This document shows, piece by piece, positions 40,555 to 50,714 of a DNA stretch of 64,000 nt. Below the pieces are notes generated by a model. It saw only the letters and a list, made by a program, of their open reading frames with translations. It did no database searches and was not told where the DNA came from. Every line of letters starts with the position of its first letter. Within the stretch, counting starts at the first letter, position 1. The position numbers and the translations under genes were made by a program. Location: positions 62,001-126,000 of the IMG/VR virus record IMGVR_UViG_3300028416_000004. The stretch is one strand, 5' to 3'.

Positions 40555-40660
40555 ATGATACAAATATAATTAGTTTTCACTTTAATTCAAAAGAAAGCTA
40601 ATAAAAATTTAATAATTAATTCTGGGTGGTGGTTAATTATTTTATTGAAAATATTAAATT

Positions 40661-40960
40661 TTAAGAGTAATCACTTTCATTATCTTGTCGCTGTTTCAAG
40701 ATAGCACCCCTAAGTTCTATACATAATTTTCTTATATCATTAAGATACTTCCTTGCATCAATGGAAGCGTCCACAGTACCTTTAAACATAAATTTATATA
40801 ATCTAGGTTCTGCTCTTTCTGTTAAAAATTTAATTTTTTGAAATAACTCATCTATTCCATATTCATCATCTTCTATTAAATTTTCTTCTCTAACTTTTGT
40901 ACCTTTAGATAATGCCTCTTTTTTTTCTCTTATTTGTTTTTTTAATTCTTCGTAATTCAT
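40661..40960 (-). CDS. Histone H1-like Hc1-family protein
   Basis: ELFQKIK...KF..KG...AS..ARK.L.DI.KL..ELR resembles the Bacteroidota/Chlamydia Hc1 core. Confidence 0.6.
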   Translation of the reverse strand: MNYEELKKQIREKKEALSKGTKVREENLIEDDEYGIDELFQKIKFLTERAEPRLYKFMFKGTVDASIDARKYLNDIRKLCIELRGAILKQRQDNESDYS

Positions 40961-40979
40961 AAAAATAAAATATTAATAA

Positions 40980-42809
40980 TTAAATTTTATCACCTTGATT
41001 TAATATATCATTTCCATCGTCATCTAATCCAGTTTCTTTATTTATTTTATTTAATCTTTCTGTTATAGAATCAATTAATCTGTTTGTTTTAGTATTTAAA
41101 TTATCATTTTTAACATTTAGAATATAATTTTCTTTAATTGAATTTTTATTACTTCTTTTTAAATCTTTATTATTTTCTTCTAAAAATAAAACATTTTCAG
41201 ATAAAGATTCTTCTTCTCCTCCAAAATCTTCTTCAGAACCTGAATCAAAAGAACCTCCAGCATCTTCTCCACCTAAATCAGTCGCTTCTCCACCCATTTC
41301 ACCACCTCCTTCTGGTGCTGTTTCTCCATTTATTCTAAACTTCTCATCTATATCAGCAAATAAACCAGTTTCCATATATTCTTCTGGTGCAACTTCTATT
41401 TCTGAGAACATTTTTTTCTCTACCTTTTTCTGCCTTAATATCTGCTTAATTTCAGCTTTAGAAAATCCCATAATATATTCCATAGCCCAAGTATATGACA
41501 CGGGAGAAGTTGCTTCTGTTGTATACATTTTCTCGAAAACTTCCATTCGACTTTTCATAGTTTCTAACTTCAACAATTCTTGTTGAGTTGATGGATTGGT
41601 TAATTTTAAGCTAAAATTATCCATATCATCTTCGAATCCTAATAAAAATAAGTGTATATTAGCTATTCTTCTAAGTTCAATGATTATATTTTCTTGAATC
41701 CTATTTATAGTTCTACTAAATCTCAAATCTGCTTGAGATAAAGCTGAACCCCCAGGCATAGATTCTGAATAATTTAAATAAGGTTTAGGAACTTTTAATG
41801 CTGCAAAAAGTTTATTTTGCAAATATTCAACATCTTGTATTTCTCCCAAGTTTGAAGCACCAGGTAAAGTTTCAATTCTAGACGATTTATCCCCCCTAAT
41901 TGGCATAAAATAATCTTCTTCCATAGTAAGAGGATTATATTTCAAATTCATTTGTCCACTTTTTTGGTCAACAATAGGTGATTTTTTTAATTCTCTTTTA
42001 ATTTTTTCTATATACTGATGAACATCTGCAGATTCTAAATTACCAACCTCAATATAATGAACTCTTCTTTCTGGTGCTCTAATAATTCTATAAACTAACA
42101 TAGCATCTTCAGCAAGTTGAAGTTGTTTCCATAATTTTCTAGCAGGGTCTAAAACACTTCTACCATAAGGTAATTTAGCACCATCAGAAACTAACCTAAA
42201 GTGAGCCATTTGAAATTCTTCAAAATACATATTGTTTATATCCCACTTAAATCTTGAAGAGTTTATATTTCCATCAAAAGCTTCTTCTCTATGTATTTCC
42301 GAAACTGGTAACATTCTAGAATCATAAATACCTTCTTTTTGGTCTATTTCTAATTTGATAAAAGAATCACCAAACTTAATCATTTCTCTTACCCAGAAAG
42401 TTAAATTATATTCTATATTCATTCTTCCATGAAACAAATCTTTCAAAACAGTTTTAATTCTGTCATTTTCAGAATAAACTGATAAAATATCACCTCTTTC
42501 ATTTCTAGTAACACTTTCATCAGTTATTATATCAAGTGCTGCAGATACCTCTGGTGACATATCCATTGCTCTATAATCATTATATGCACCTATTCTATCT
42601 GTATCATAATAAACACTTCTAGAATAAATGTCTTGAGATATTTTTTGAGATTGAACATCAAGAAAATCTTGTTGTCTCTGTTGCATAGGTGTCAAATTAT
42701 TATTTGACATATTTCCAGATATAACTTGTCTTTCATTAGGTAAAGGTCTAGAAGTTCTTCCTCTTTTTAATCTATCTAATAAATCTATAAATACACTTTT
42801 TTCTGACAT
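40980..42809 (-). CDS. Portal protein, T4 gp20-like
   Basis: PEVSAALDII.DE, YGRSVL, EDAMLVYRIIRAPERRVHYIEVGN, EDYFMP, IETLPG and LKVP motifs. Confidence 0.95.
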   Translation of the reverse strand: MSEKSVFIDLLDRLKRGRTSRPLPNERQVISGNMSNNNLTPMQQRQQDFLDVQSQKISQDIYSRSVYYDTDRIGAYNDYRAMDMSPEVSAALDIITDESVTRNERGDILSVYSENDRIKTVLKDLFHGRMNIEYNLTFWVREMIKFGDSFIKLEIDQKEGIYDSRMLPVSEIHREEAFDGNINSSRFKWDINNMYFEEFQMAHFRLVSDGAKLPYGRSVLDPARKLWKQLQLAEDAMLVYRIIRAPERRVHYIEVGNLESADVHQYIEKIKRELKKSPIVDQKSGQMNLKYNPLTMEEDYFMPIRGDKSSRIETLPGASNLGEIQDVEYLQNKLFAALKVPKPYLNYSESMPGGSALSQADLRFSRTINRIQENIIIELRRIANIHLFLLGFEDDMDNFSLKLTNPSTQQELLKLETMKSRMEVFEKMYTTEATSPVSYTWAMEYIMGFSKAEIKQILRQKKVEKKMFSEIEVAPEEYMETGLFADIDEKFRINGETAPEGGGEMGGEATDLGGEDAGGSFDSGSEEDFGGEEESLSENVLFLEENNKDLKRSNKNSIKENYILNVKNDNLNTKTNRLIDSITERLNKINKETGLDDDGNDILNQGDKI

Positions 42810-42903
42810 TTTTTTTATTAATAAATATTTAATTTTTCTTTTTTCTAAGCTTTCTAGAAGACTTTTTTAACAATAAAACACTTTTTTTCAAAAAGTAAAT
42901 AGA

Positions 42904-44565
42904 TTATCCTTTTATTGAGCCATATAACCAAGAGTTATCATTAAAATCATCATCATCTTCCCAATTTTCTTTTTTATTGCCATCTAAACTTAAATTCCCA
43001 ACATCACTTGAACTATGACTTATCATATCTAACATTTCCATTGTTTTCTTTTTGTTCCAGAATACAGATTCGAATTCAGTATCCCTAATCAATAAAGCGA
43101 TAGCAAGTGCAAAAATTAAATCATCATTAAATCCAGGTTCATGTTCAGCTTTGTCACCTTTATAAACAAAAGTTTCAAATTCAGTAAGAAGTCTTAATGA
43201 ATTTATTTTTATATGCATTTCTCGCATATTTGTAACGATTGAATTTAAAAGGAGTGGTCTAGTTTTTACAGTAGTCTGAAAACCAGGAACATCAGTATCT
43301 TTATCTACCACATAATTATGTGTTCTATTATAAAGTTTAACAGCTGATTTAGAAATATACATTCTATCTTTTGGATATTTTAATGTATTTTTCAAAATTA
43401 ATGTTGTAGCTAAACCAAAACTGTTACATTCTACAGCCATAAATGCATTATTATACTCAATACCAACTTTATAAAGTAGTTCAGCAAAAACATCTGGTAC
43501 TATTTTACCTTGATATTCAGCAACTTGCTCTAAACTATCTGCATCTATAACTTGAACAGTAGAATAATCCGCTCCATCCCCTCTACCAACATCGGCTCCA
43601 ATTATATAATTGCCATTTTCTTCTGGTTTTTTCCAAACATGAAAAGAAGTTACATAATCACAAAATCCAGATTCTGTCCTTTTAAAATCATAATAACATA
43701 TAGGTTGTTTATCACCTATATCTTTTACATATTTTTGTATTATAGAACTCTCAACCACAACTGCTGTTGAACCTTCGAAAGATAAATCTAACTCTTGTGC
43801 TATCTTAATTTTATTATGATGCATTCTATTACATTCTCCTTCATACCAGGGACTCCAAGGATATTCTTTTCCATCAGAATCTACTCTTGTTTCTAAATCT
43901 TCTGATAAAATTGGATGTATAGACCAATGTAATTTAATTGGAACAAAGTTTCCTTTTCCTTTTGTGGCTTGCGTCCAAGTTTGATGATATAAATTTCCTG
44001 TTCCTTTGGGTGTTGATATCATTATACACTTACCTTGAGTTGCTGATAAAGCTAAACCAGCACCCATCCAGATATCTTGTGCATGTTCAATAAAAGCTGT
44101 CTCATCGAGAATTAAACAAGTTAAAGATTCACCTCTACCAGCTTGTTTACTACTTGCAACAGCCTTAACCCAAGAACCGTTTGAAAAAGAAATTTGTTTT
44201 GTATTATTTATTAGCCTTTCTTCAGGTAATAACCAATCTGGAAGTCTATCTAAAAACTGTCTAACTGTATTTAAAAATCTTACTGCACCATTACCATTAT
44301 CTGCAACAACTAATATTCTTTCATCTGGACAAAAAACTAACCTCCAAGCTACATATAAAGCTGATATTACTGAAAGTCCCATTTGTCTAGACTTTAAAAC
44401 TATAGAATTTTGATTATCATTAAATGTGTTTAAACAAGATTCTTGATATGGAAAACAAGTCATTTTATCTATCTGCTGTTTTTTCATATCAAAAACAAAT
44501 CCATATGTGTTAGCAAAATAGACAGGACTTTGTACACATTTTATATATTCTTCTATATAATTCAT
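42904..44565 (-). CDS. terL: Terminase large subunit, T4 gp17-like
   Basis: KSRQMGLS, GRGES...LILDETAF, ISTPKG, GADVGRG.G.DYS, VECNS.G and GFNDDLI motifs. Confidence 0.96.
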   Translation of the reverse strand: MNYIEEYIKCVQSPVYFANTYGFVFDMKKQQIDKMTCFPYQESCLNTFNDNQNSIVLKSRQMGLSVISALYVAWRLVFCPDERILVVADNGNGAVRFLNTVRQFLDRLPDWLLPEERLINNTKQISFSNGSWVKAVASSKQAGRGESLTCLILDETAFIEHAQDIWMGAGLALSATQGKCIMISTPKGTGNLYHQTWTQATKGKGNFVPIKLHWSIHPILSEDLETRVDSDGKEYPWSPWYEGECNRMHHNKIKIAQELDLSFEGSTAVVVESSIIQKYVKDIGDKQPICYYDFKRTESGFCDYVTSFHVWKKPEENGNYIIGADVGRGDGADYSTVQVIDADSLEQVAEYQGKIVPDVFAELLYKVGIEYNNAFMAVECNSFGLATTLILKNTLKYPKDRMYISKSAVKLYNRTHNYVVDKDTDVPGFQTTVKTRPLLLNSIVTNMREMHIKINSLRLLTEFETFVYKGDKAEHEPGFNDDLIFALAIALLIRDTEFESVFWNKKKTMEMLDMISHSSSDVGNLSLDGNKKENWEDDDDFNDNSWLYGSIKG

Positions 44566-44639
44566 AATTATTTATTTAATTATAAATATTATTTTTTTTT
44601 AAAAAATGCTTTTAGAGGAGCTGGGGGTGGTTTTTTTAA

Positions 44640-44957
44640 TTATAACCCAACATATATAGTTGGTGAAGGATTAACTTCTGAATCTCTTTTTACATTATAA
44701 ATTTCAGACACGTATACTACTCCAGTATCTAAATTATCTACATATAATTGAAAAGTTCCTAATGTAGATGCTGACCAAGATATTGAATAAATACCTTCTG
44801 ATGCATTAGATAAAACAGAATTTACAGTGACTCCTGTATTAACCAATCCGTCAGTATACATAGTGAAAGAAAGATTAACTGGGGTTATAGGTAAATTAGT
44901 TGTAGGATTAAATGACCTAATTAATTCATAAACTGTTTGACCTGTTGTAATAATCAT
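44640..44957 (-). CDS. Hypothetical beta-rich (Ig-like) virion protein
   Basis: 105 aa, Thr/Ser/Val-rich, GIYSISW motif. Confidence 0.55.
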   Translation of the reverse strand: MIITTGQTVYELIRSFNPTTNLPITPVNLSFTMYTDGLVNTGVTVNSVLSNASEGIYSISWSASTLGTFQLYVDNLDTGVVYVSEIYNVKRDSEVNPSPTIYVGL

Positions 44958-44969
44958 TTTATTTTAATT

Positions 44970-45302
44970 TTATTTTTCTAAATCCCAATCATTAGGCAAT
45001 CGGTTAAAAAACTTATAAGCTTCCTTTTCTTCGTCATTCATCTCTTTCCAAGTTAAAGGAAAAAAATGAAAATAAATAAACGTTACCAAAATAAAAGAAC
45101 AACCAGTTGCAAATGGTAAAAATGCATATTTAGTAAAACCTAATAAAGTTAAAATTATAGTTATAACAAATGTTATAAATACAATAACTGCTGATGGTTG
45201 TAGTTTATTTTTTTTACTATAATTCCTAAATAAATTAACCCACATTCTCCTAAATTTAACAATATTAGGCTTATAAACTTTTTTTAATTTTTCTGTACTC
45301 AT
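44970..45302 (-). CDS. Hypothetical membrane protein
   Basis: Two hydrophobic segments. Confidence 0.6.
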   Translation of the reverse strand: MSTEKLKKVYKPNIVKFRRMWVNLFRNYSKKNKLQPSAVIVFITFVITIILTLLGFTKYAFLPFATGCSFILVTFIYFHFFPLTWKEMNDEEKEAYKFFNRLPNDWDLEK

Positions 45303-45306
45303 AATC

Positions 45307-45636
45307 TTAACCTTCTGTATTTGTTATTTCCATATATGATATAGATAAATCTATAGCATTATCATTACCACAACTTGCTTGTAAACTATCTAAATTATCT
45401 AAAGTAAAAGTTCCATCTAAAGCTTGAAATGACGATGATTGTGGTATCGTAATATCATAAGCTAAATAATATGTTTGAGAAGCACTATTATCAACCCAAG
45501 ATAAGTTAAATGAAGTATCAGCACTAAAAACGTTAGTTGCGTGTACAGTCTTAACTAGATACTTTGTCGTAGTAGAAGCACTAAGTGCTACAGTTGAACC
45601 TGTTCCTAAATGACTACCTGTATTTAAATATTCCAT
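45307..45636 (-). CDS. Small beta-sandwich virion/fibre-associated protein
   Basis: 109 aa with YLAYDITIP...L...DSLQA...SYMEI pattern; TATTTAT upstream. Confidence 0.6.
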   Translation of the reverse strand: MEYLNTGSHLGTGSTVALSASTTTKYLVKTVHATNVFSADTSFNLSWVDNSASQTYYLAYDITIPQSSSFQALDGTFTLDNLDSLQASCGNDNAIDLSISYMEITNTEG

Positions 45637-45665
45637 CTTCTTTTTATTATAAATATGTTAAATTA

Positions 45666-46259
45666 TTATAAACCATTAAGTTTATTTATTATTCCATTCT
45701 TTAATTCTTCTGTATAATAAGTTTTTTCTGAAAAACCTGAAGAAACATAATTACCTTCACTTTTTAACCAATCATACAAACCATCTTGACTATCTTCTGC
45801 AAAACTTTCAATGCCATATTTTATATAATTTTCATTTAGCAATGATGTTGATACTGCCAAGTTAGAAGAATCTGAAATTGAAAGTCTATAAGAAGCAAAA
45901 GACTTTGCTTTATCCCATCTTTCTTTTCTACAATTTTCTGAATTTACCACAAAATAATACCAATACTCTTCTTGTTCAGAACTTGTAAATATTTTATCTC
46001 TATCTATTGGTCCTACGCAGTAATTTTTAGCTGCATATGGTTTATCTAATTCACTTAAATTATCAAACCCTCCAACACTAGTTATGTATTCAATAGCCAT
46101 TTGCCTTCTATACAAAAAATCTTTTTCTAATTCATCAATTTTAAACCAATGATATACATTAGTTATATCTTGATAATTAACATCTAAAATTTCTTTTATT
46201 TGATATGTTTCAAATCCTTGACTTTCACCAAAGTATTTTCCTATTTTTAAATAACTCAT
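45666..46259 (-). CDS. Hypothetical protein
   Basis: 197-aa ORF in the fibre operon. Confidence 0.65.
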   Translation of the reverse strand: MSYLKIGKYFGESQGFETYQIKEILDVNYQDITNVYHWFKIDELEKDFLYRRQMAIEYITSVGGFDNLSELDKPYAAKNYCVGPIDRDKIFTSSEQEEYWYYFVVNSENCRKERWDKAKSFASYRLSISDSSNLAVSTSLLNENYIKYGIESFAEDSQDGLYDWLKSEGNYVSSGFSEKTYYTEELKNGIINKLNGL

Positions 46260-46260
46260 T

Positions 46261-47091
46261 TTAACTTATATTATATTTTGTTTTTAAATAATTTTCAACT
46301 TGAATTTGTTCATCAGACGTTAAAGGTCTATTGTAAAATATATATTCAGCATAATCAAAATCTGAATCATAAACATCACTACCACCAGCATTAAGCAACA
46401 ACCCTTCAGAAGAAGGCTCTTGAACAGCACTTGTATATGGTTGAGTATCACTATCAGCTGAAGGTCCAATTATTTCAGCACTTATATTTATTTGGTCATA
46501 CCTCATTTTAAATATATTTGAACCTATAGATGAAGGTAAATTTGTTTCACAACGTTGTGAAGCTGTATTCCAATCATTTACAAACCATCTTAAAGTTCCT
46601 GAATAAGAAAATACACCCCACCCTAATGACCAAGATGTACTATTTGTTCTTCCAATAAAAAAACCAAATGTAGATGGGAAAGAATCTAACTTACCAACGT
46701 AATATGCTGTAAAACCACCAGTACTTGTTAAGTCTAACAAAGTACTGTCAGATGTCTCCATACTGTCACCATTATCACAATCAACCGATGGTAAATTATT
46801 TAAATCAACATTTGATGAATTATATGGTGGTTGAGCTGATGCTGTACTTTGTATCATATCTAAACCGTTTCCGCTTTTATCACCCCAAACAGAGACATTA
46901 CTACCATTTAATGTTATGTTTTCAGCAGCATCGTACCATGCGGTTGGTGCTGGTATAAGTTCATTACTAAACCTGCCTTGTGTTCTTTCTAAAAAATGTT
47001 GTTCTCTACCAATAATACCTTTTGTATCACCACTAATAGAACCAAACCTTTTATCTGTATCAATAAACCCACTATTTCCTCTTATACTCAT
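46261..47091 (-). CDS. LamG/concanavalin-A-like virion protein
   Basis: AWYDA...VSVWGDKSGNG...EYIFYNRPLT..EQ..VENYL..KY. Confidence 0.78.
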   Translation of the reverse strand: MSIRGNSGFIDTDKRFGSISGDTKGIIGREQHFLERTQGRFSNELIPAPTAWYDAAENITLNGSNVSVWGDKSGNGLDMIQSTASAQPPYNSSNVDLNNLPSVDCDNGDSMETSDSTLLDLTSTGGFTAYYVGKLDSFPSTFGFFIGRTNSTSWSLGWGVFSYSGTLRWFVNDWNTASQRCETNLPSSIGSNIFKMRYDQINISAEIIGPSADSDTQPYTSAVQEPSSEGLLLNAGGSDVYDSDFDYAEYIFYNRPLTSDEQIQVENYLKTKYNIS

Positions 47092-47831
47092 TATACGTTA
47101 TAAATTAATCTAATATTATCTATGCACATCCCTGGATTATTCTCAACTGAACTGTCGTTTGTCCAACTAAACACTATTCTTTGTGTTGTACCTGGTGTAA
47201 ATAAAGGCCCATTACCTGTTGTGCCATCTATAGTTATTGTTTCACGAAACCAACTCAAATCAGCACCAGGTTGATATAAATCATTAAATCTACCATTAGA
47301 ATCACCACCTATTCTATCTGTTATTGATGTGTATTCAGTACCAGCTAAAGGAGTTGATGAAGTGTTCCAATAATTTACATAACCATTATCAAAACTACTC
47401 TCTCCATTACACCTCCAATCAAACTCTAAAGTAAGTGATGTTGCGACAGATGGGATATCAAAATCAAAATAAATATGACTATCTCTTTGACTAGAACCAT
47501 AATATTGTGCGTTAACACCATTATTATCTGAAATATAAGCTGACTGTGTACCACCACTTGATGATACCGCTGTACCAACAACCCAATCAGATTTATTTGT
47601 ACTGGTACCACCTTCATTAGCCACAGTCCATTTATTAAGTGTACCATCTTCAAAATCATCCTCAAATAATAAAAATGGGTCACCTGGTGTAATTGGAATG
47701 AAATTCCCTCTTTTTCTCTCTAAAAACTGTTTACGTACAGACACACTACCAGTAGTTCCAGTACTAGAGACTTCACCACGCTTATCTAATCCAATATAAC
47801 CACTATTTCCTTTTATTAAACTTAATCCCAT
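47091..47831 (-). CDS. Jelly-roll (MAM/CBM-like) virion protein
   Basis: FEDDFEDG...W, LEFDWRCNGESSFD and WTNDSS...CIDNIRL motifs. Confidence 0.65.
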   Translation of the reverse strand: MGLSLIKGNSGYIGLDKRGEVSSTGTTGSVSVRKQFLERKRGNFIPITPGDPFLLFEDDFEDGTLNKWTVANEGGTSTNKSDWVVGTAVSSSGGTQSAYISDNNGVNAQYYGSSQRDSHIYFDFDIPSVATSLTLEFDWRCNGESSFDNGYVNYWNTSSTPLAGTEYTSITDRIGGDSNGRFNDLYQPGADLSWFRETITIDGTTGNGPLFTPGTTQRIVFSWTNDSSVENNPGMCIDNIRLIYNV

Positions 47832-47832
47832 T

Positions 47833-49929
47833 TTATGTTACATTCATAAACCAACTAAATATCTTATTATCGTCACTAACACCTGTTGTTCCACTAACAA
47901 CATTACCACTACCATCAATACCTAAGTTTGTAACTGAAGTACCAGTGCCTAATGTACCTATATTAAGTGTTCCACTAATATCTAAATTACCACTTGGTAA
48001 TTCTACATTTTGATTAGCATCTATACCTATAGCAGTTCTAGATGTACCACCACTATCTGTAGTACTAATTATAATTTTAGAACCATGTTCTTCGTTTCGT
48101 ATAAAAAGAGCATCTGTAGATGAAGTACTAGAAGGATAACCAATCCAACCCTTCCTTTCCGATGGGTCATAAAATTCTATAAAATTAGAATTATTAGCTG
48201 ATGTAGTTTCTAACCTAAGTATTGAACTATCACCCTTTACGTGAAATTCTACTGAAGGTGTTGTAGTACCAACACCCACATTACCAGTACCAGCTTCAAT
48301 AAATAAACCTTCTGTTGTTGCACCTGTACTTGTAGTAAACAATAAATCTCTACCATTTGATATAAACCTAGTGTCACCACCAGCATTCTGTATTTTAGAT
48401 GTTAAAATAGCTCCACCTGGATTGTAGAATTCAAGTGCGGATTGTCCAGCATTACCATCTGAAAATAAATGTACTTCACCGCCATTATTACCATCTTTAA
48501 GTATTATCTTAGTATCTTCATCTAAACCTTGAAAGGTTAAATTTCCATTAACCGATGCTATTGTGTTTAATGGTATAGTTCCATCACCACCATAAATACC
48601 TGTATTTGTATTTCCACTAACAACATTACCAGTAGAATCAACGCCTAAATTTGTAACTGAAGTACCTGTACCTAATGTTCCTATATTAAGTGTTCCACTT
48701 ATTTTTGTATCTCCACTAACATCTAACTCTACTAATGGACTTGTATTATTTATGCCTACAAAATTATCTTCAGCTTGTAATGTTAGTGGTGTATCACTAT
48801 TAGAATCTTTGAAATATAAAAACCCATCACCATCCTCTAATTTCCAAAAATTATTATTAATATTATTATTTAATATGATATTTTCAAATGTATAACCATC
48901 GGATGCTGATGTAAATGGAGAACGAGCTACTGGATTTACTACACTTGTAGATGCTGATAACACACCTGTATTTAAATTCCATGAACCTTCATATCCTAAA
49001 TTTTTGTCAAAATAAATTTTAGCATTGTGACCAGCAGTAAGATTTGGTAAATACACTTCTAAATGGTATGTTGTAGAATCAATTTCATCTTCTACTATCC
49101 TAACTTCATGGATATAATTTGATTGTCCGTATTTTTCTAATTGAAGTGTTGCTACAGAGTCAGACCAATTTTTAAAAGCATTAATGACATATGTAGTTGG
49201 TGTCCAATTCCCACCAGCATATGAAATAAGAACTCGGATACCACCTCTATCACCACCTGATGTATAACCAATTCGATACCAACCAGCTGTATTACCAGTT
49301 ACAGTAGATATATTACCAAACTCTCTTAAATTAAAAGAACCTACAACTTCTAATTTTGATGTAGGCGTTTCTGTTCCAATACCTACGTACCCTTTTGTAC
49401 TACCAGAACCTTGAATATGTAAATCCGATATATTAGTCTGTGGATTACCACCAGCATACAATCTAATATAATCATCTGTACCAGTACCAGGTGCACTTAT
49501 TATACTTATTCCGTTAGCAGATGTGTTAGAATAAATAGAACTATCACCAGGGTCACCATACACAGTAGAACCAGTCCAATCAAAACCGACAGTATTCATA
49601 GTAGTTGAAACAACTCCATCAGATGCAGCAAATCTAGATACTATATCAGTTCGTGTTGTAGAAAGTGCAGCTTGTGGTCCATCCGCAAAATCTAGATTTA
49701 ATCTAAATTTTTCTGTGTTTTGTACAACTTCTAATATTTCACTTGGAGTTTCTGTTCCAATACCAACATTACCATCATTATAATATATACTTGTACCTGA
49801 TTGACTCCATGGTGTTGTTCCACTTAAATTAGAACCATCACCATAATATGTTGTAGCCGTTAAACTACCTTGGACTTCACTATCACCTTTGGATATAAAT
49901 CCATTTTTAATTACAAATTCGTTTCCCAT
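47833..49929 (-). CDS. Tail fibre-like protein
   Basis: MGNEFVIKNG start; repeated GNVGIGT..P...L.V fibre motifs. Confidence 0.78.
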   Translation of the reverse strand: MGNEFVIKNGFISKGDSEVQGSLTATTYYGDGSNLSGTTPWSQSGTSIYYNDGNVGIGTETPSEILEVVQNTEKFRLNLDFADGPQAALSTTRTDIVSRFAASDGVVSTTMNTVGFDWTGSTVYGDPGDSSIYSNTSANGISIISAPGTGTDDYIRLYAGGNPQTNISDLHIQGSGSTKGYVGIGTETPTSKLEVVGSFNLREFGNISTVTGNTAGWYRIGYTSGGDRGGIRVLISYAGGNWTPTTYVINAFKNWSDSVATLQLEKYGQSNYIHEVRIVEDEIDSTTYHLEVYLPNLTAGHNAKIYFDKNLGYEGSWNLNTGVLSASTSVVNPVARSPFTSASDGYTFENIILNNNINNNFWKLEDGDGFLYFKDSNSDTPLTLQAEDNFVGINNTSPLVELDVSGDTKISGTLNIGTLGTGTSVTNLGVDSTGNVVSGNTNTGIYGGDGTIPLNTIASVNGNLTFQGLDEDTKIILKDGNNGGEVHLFSDGNAGQSALEFYNPGGAILTSKIQNAGGDTRFISNGRDLLFTTSTGATTEGLFIEAGTGNVGVGTTTPSVEFHVKGDSSILRLETTSANNSNFIEFYDPSERKGWIGYPSSTSSTDALFIRNEEHGSKIIISTTDSGGTSRTAIGIDANQNVELPSGNLDISGTLNIGTLGTGTSVTNLGIDGSGNVVSGTTGVSDDNKIFSWFMNVT

Positions 49930-49936
49930 AATTTTT

Positions 49937-49960
49937 AATTCCTTTCCCTATCCAGAAATT
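49937..49960 (-). promoter_or_regulatory. 5' leader hairpin with GGAUAGGGAA loop
   Basis: AATTTCT-GGATAGGGAA-AGGAATT, a 7-bp stem (one G-U) ending 7 nt before the ATG. Confidence 0.5.
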
Positions 49961-49997
49961 TTATATTATATAAATATGTTGTTTTTTTTATTTATTT

Positions 49998-50711
49998 TTA
50001 TAATCCAAATCTTGATTTTGTTGCATTATAGTTTTGTTGTACTTCTTCTGGGGATAATATTTTATTGTATATTTTTAAACTTGGGATTTTACCTTCAAAA
50101 AAATGCCTTGGATTTGTTATATCCCAAAATGCTATTCCTAATCTTCTATTAAAAACAGTTGAATAATAAACTGTATCTACAGAATTGGGAATAGTTTCAC
50201 TTACTTCAAGTTCTCCATTTACGTACATGTTAACTGTATTGTTTCCAGATGTAACATCTTGATTATTTGTACACACAACATTATACCAAACATTATTTTG
50301 GAATGTATTGTTGGAATATAAATTCCTTTGTGTTGTAACGCTACTAATAACCGTAAATCTTGAAAAGTGAAATGTATTATCAGACCTAAATGCAAAATAA
50401 GGTAAATACATATTCCAAACCATATTATAAGTATTATTTGAAGCATATCTTTTAAACCAAAAATCAAATGTCATTTCTGCTTTATTCATATTGTAAATTT
50501 CAGAATCAATACAATAATCATTCAAACCATCAAACTCTAAACTACCTAAGTTATCTGTTGTGTATGAAACACCATTGTTTAGCTCTAAACTTTTCGAACC
50601 TACCAAATCATTAAATAAAGTGTTGCCACTTATATAACTTTTAGAATTAGAAGCATCAAGATAAAACTCTAAACCATCTGTAACTATATTTAAACCTCCT
50701 TTAGTTGCCAT
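49998..50711 (-). CDS. LamG/concanavalin-A-like protein
   Basis: IVTDGLEFYLDASN...FDG.ND...YNKILS.EEV.QNYNA...RFGL. Confidence 0.85.
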   Translation of the reverse strand: MATKGGLNIVTDGLEFYLDASNSKSYISGNTLFNDLVGSKSLELNNGVSYTTDNLGSLEFDGLNDYCIDSEIYNMNKAEMTFDFWFKRYASNNTYNMVWNMYLPYFAFRSDNTFHFSRFTVISSVTTQRNLYSNNTFQNNVWYNVVCTNNQDVTSGNNTVNMYVNGELEVSETIPNSVDTVYYSTVFNRRLGIAFWDITNPRHFFEGKIPSLKIYNKILSPEEVQQNYNATKSRFGL

Positions 50712-50714
50712 AAA

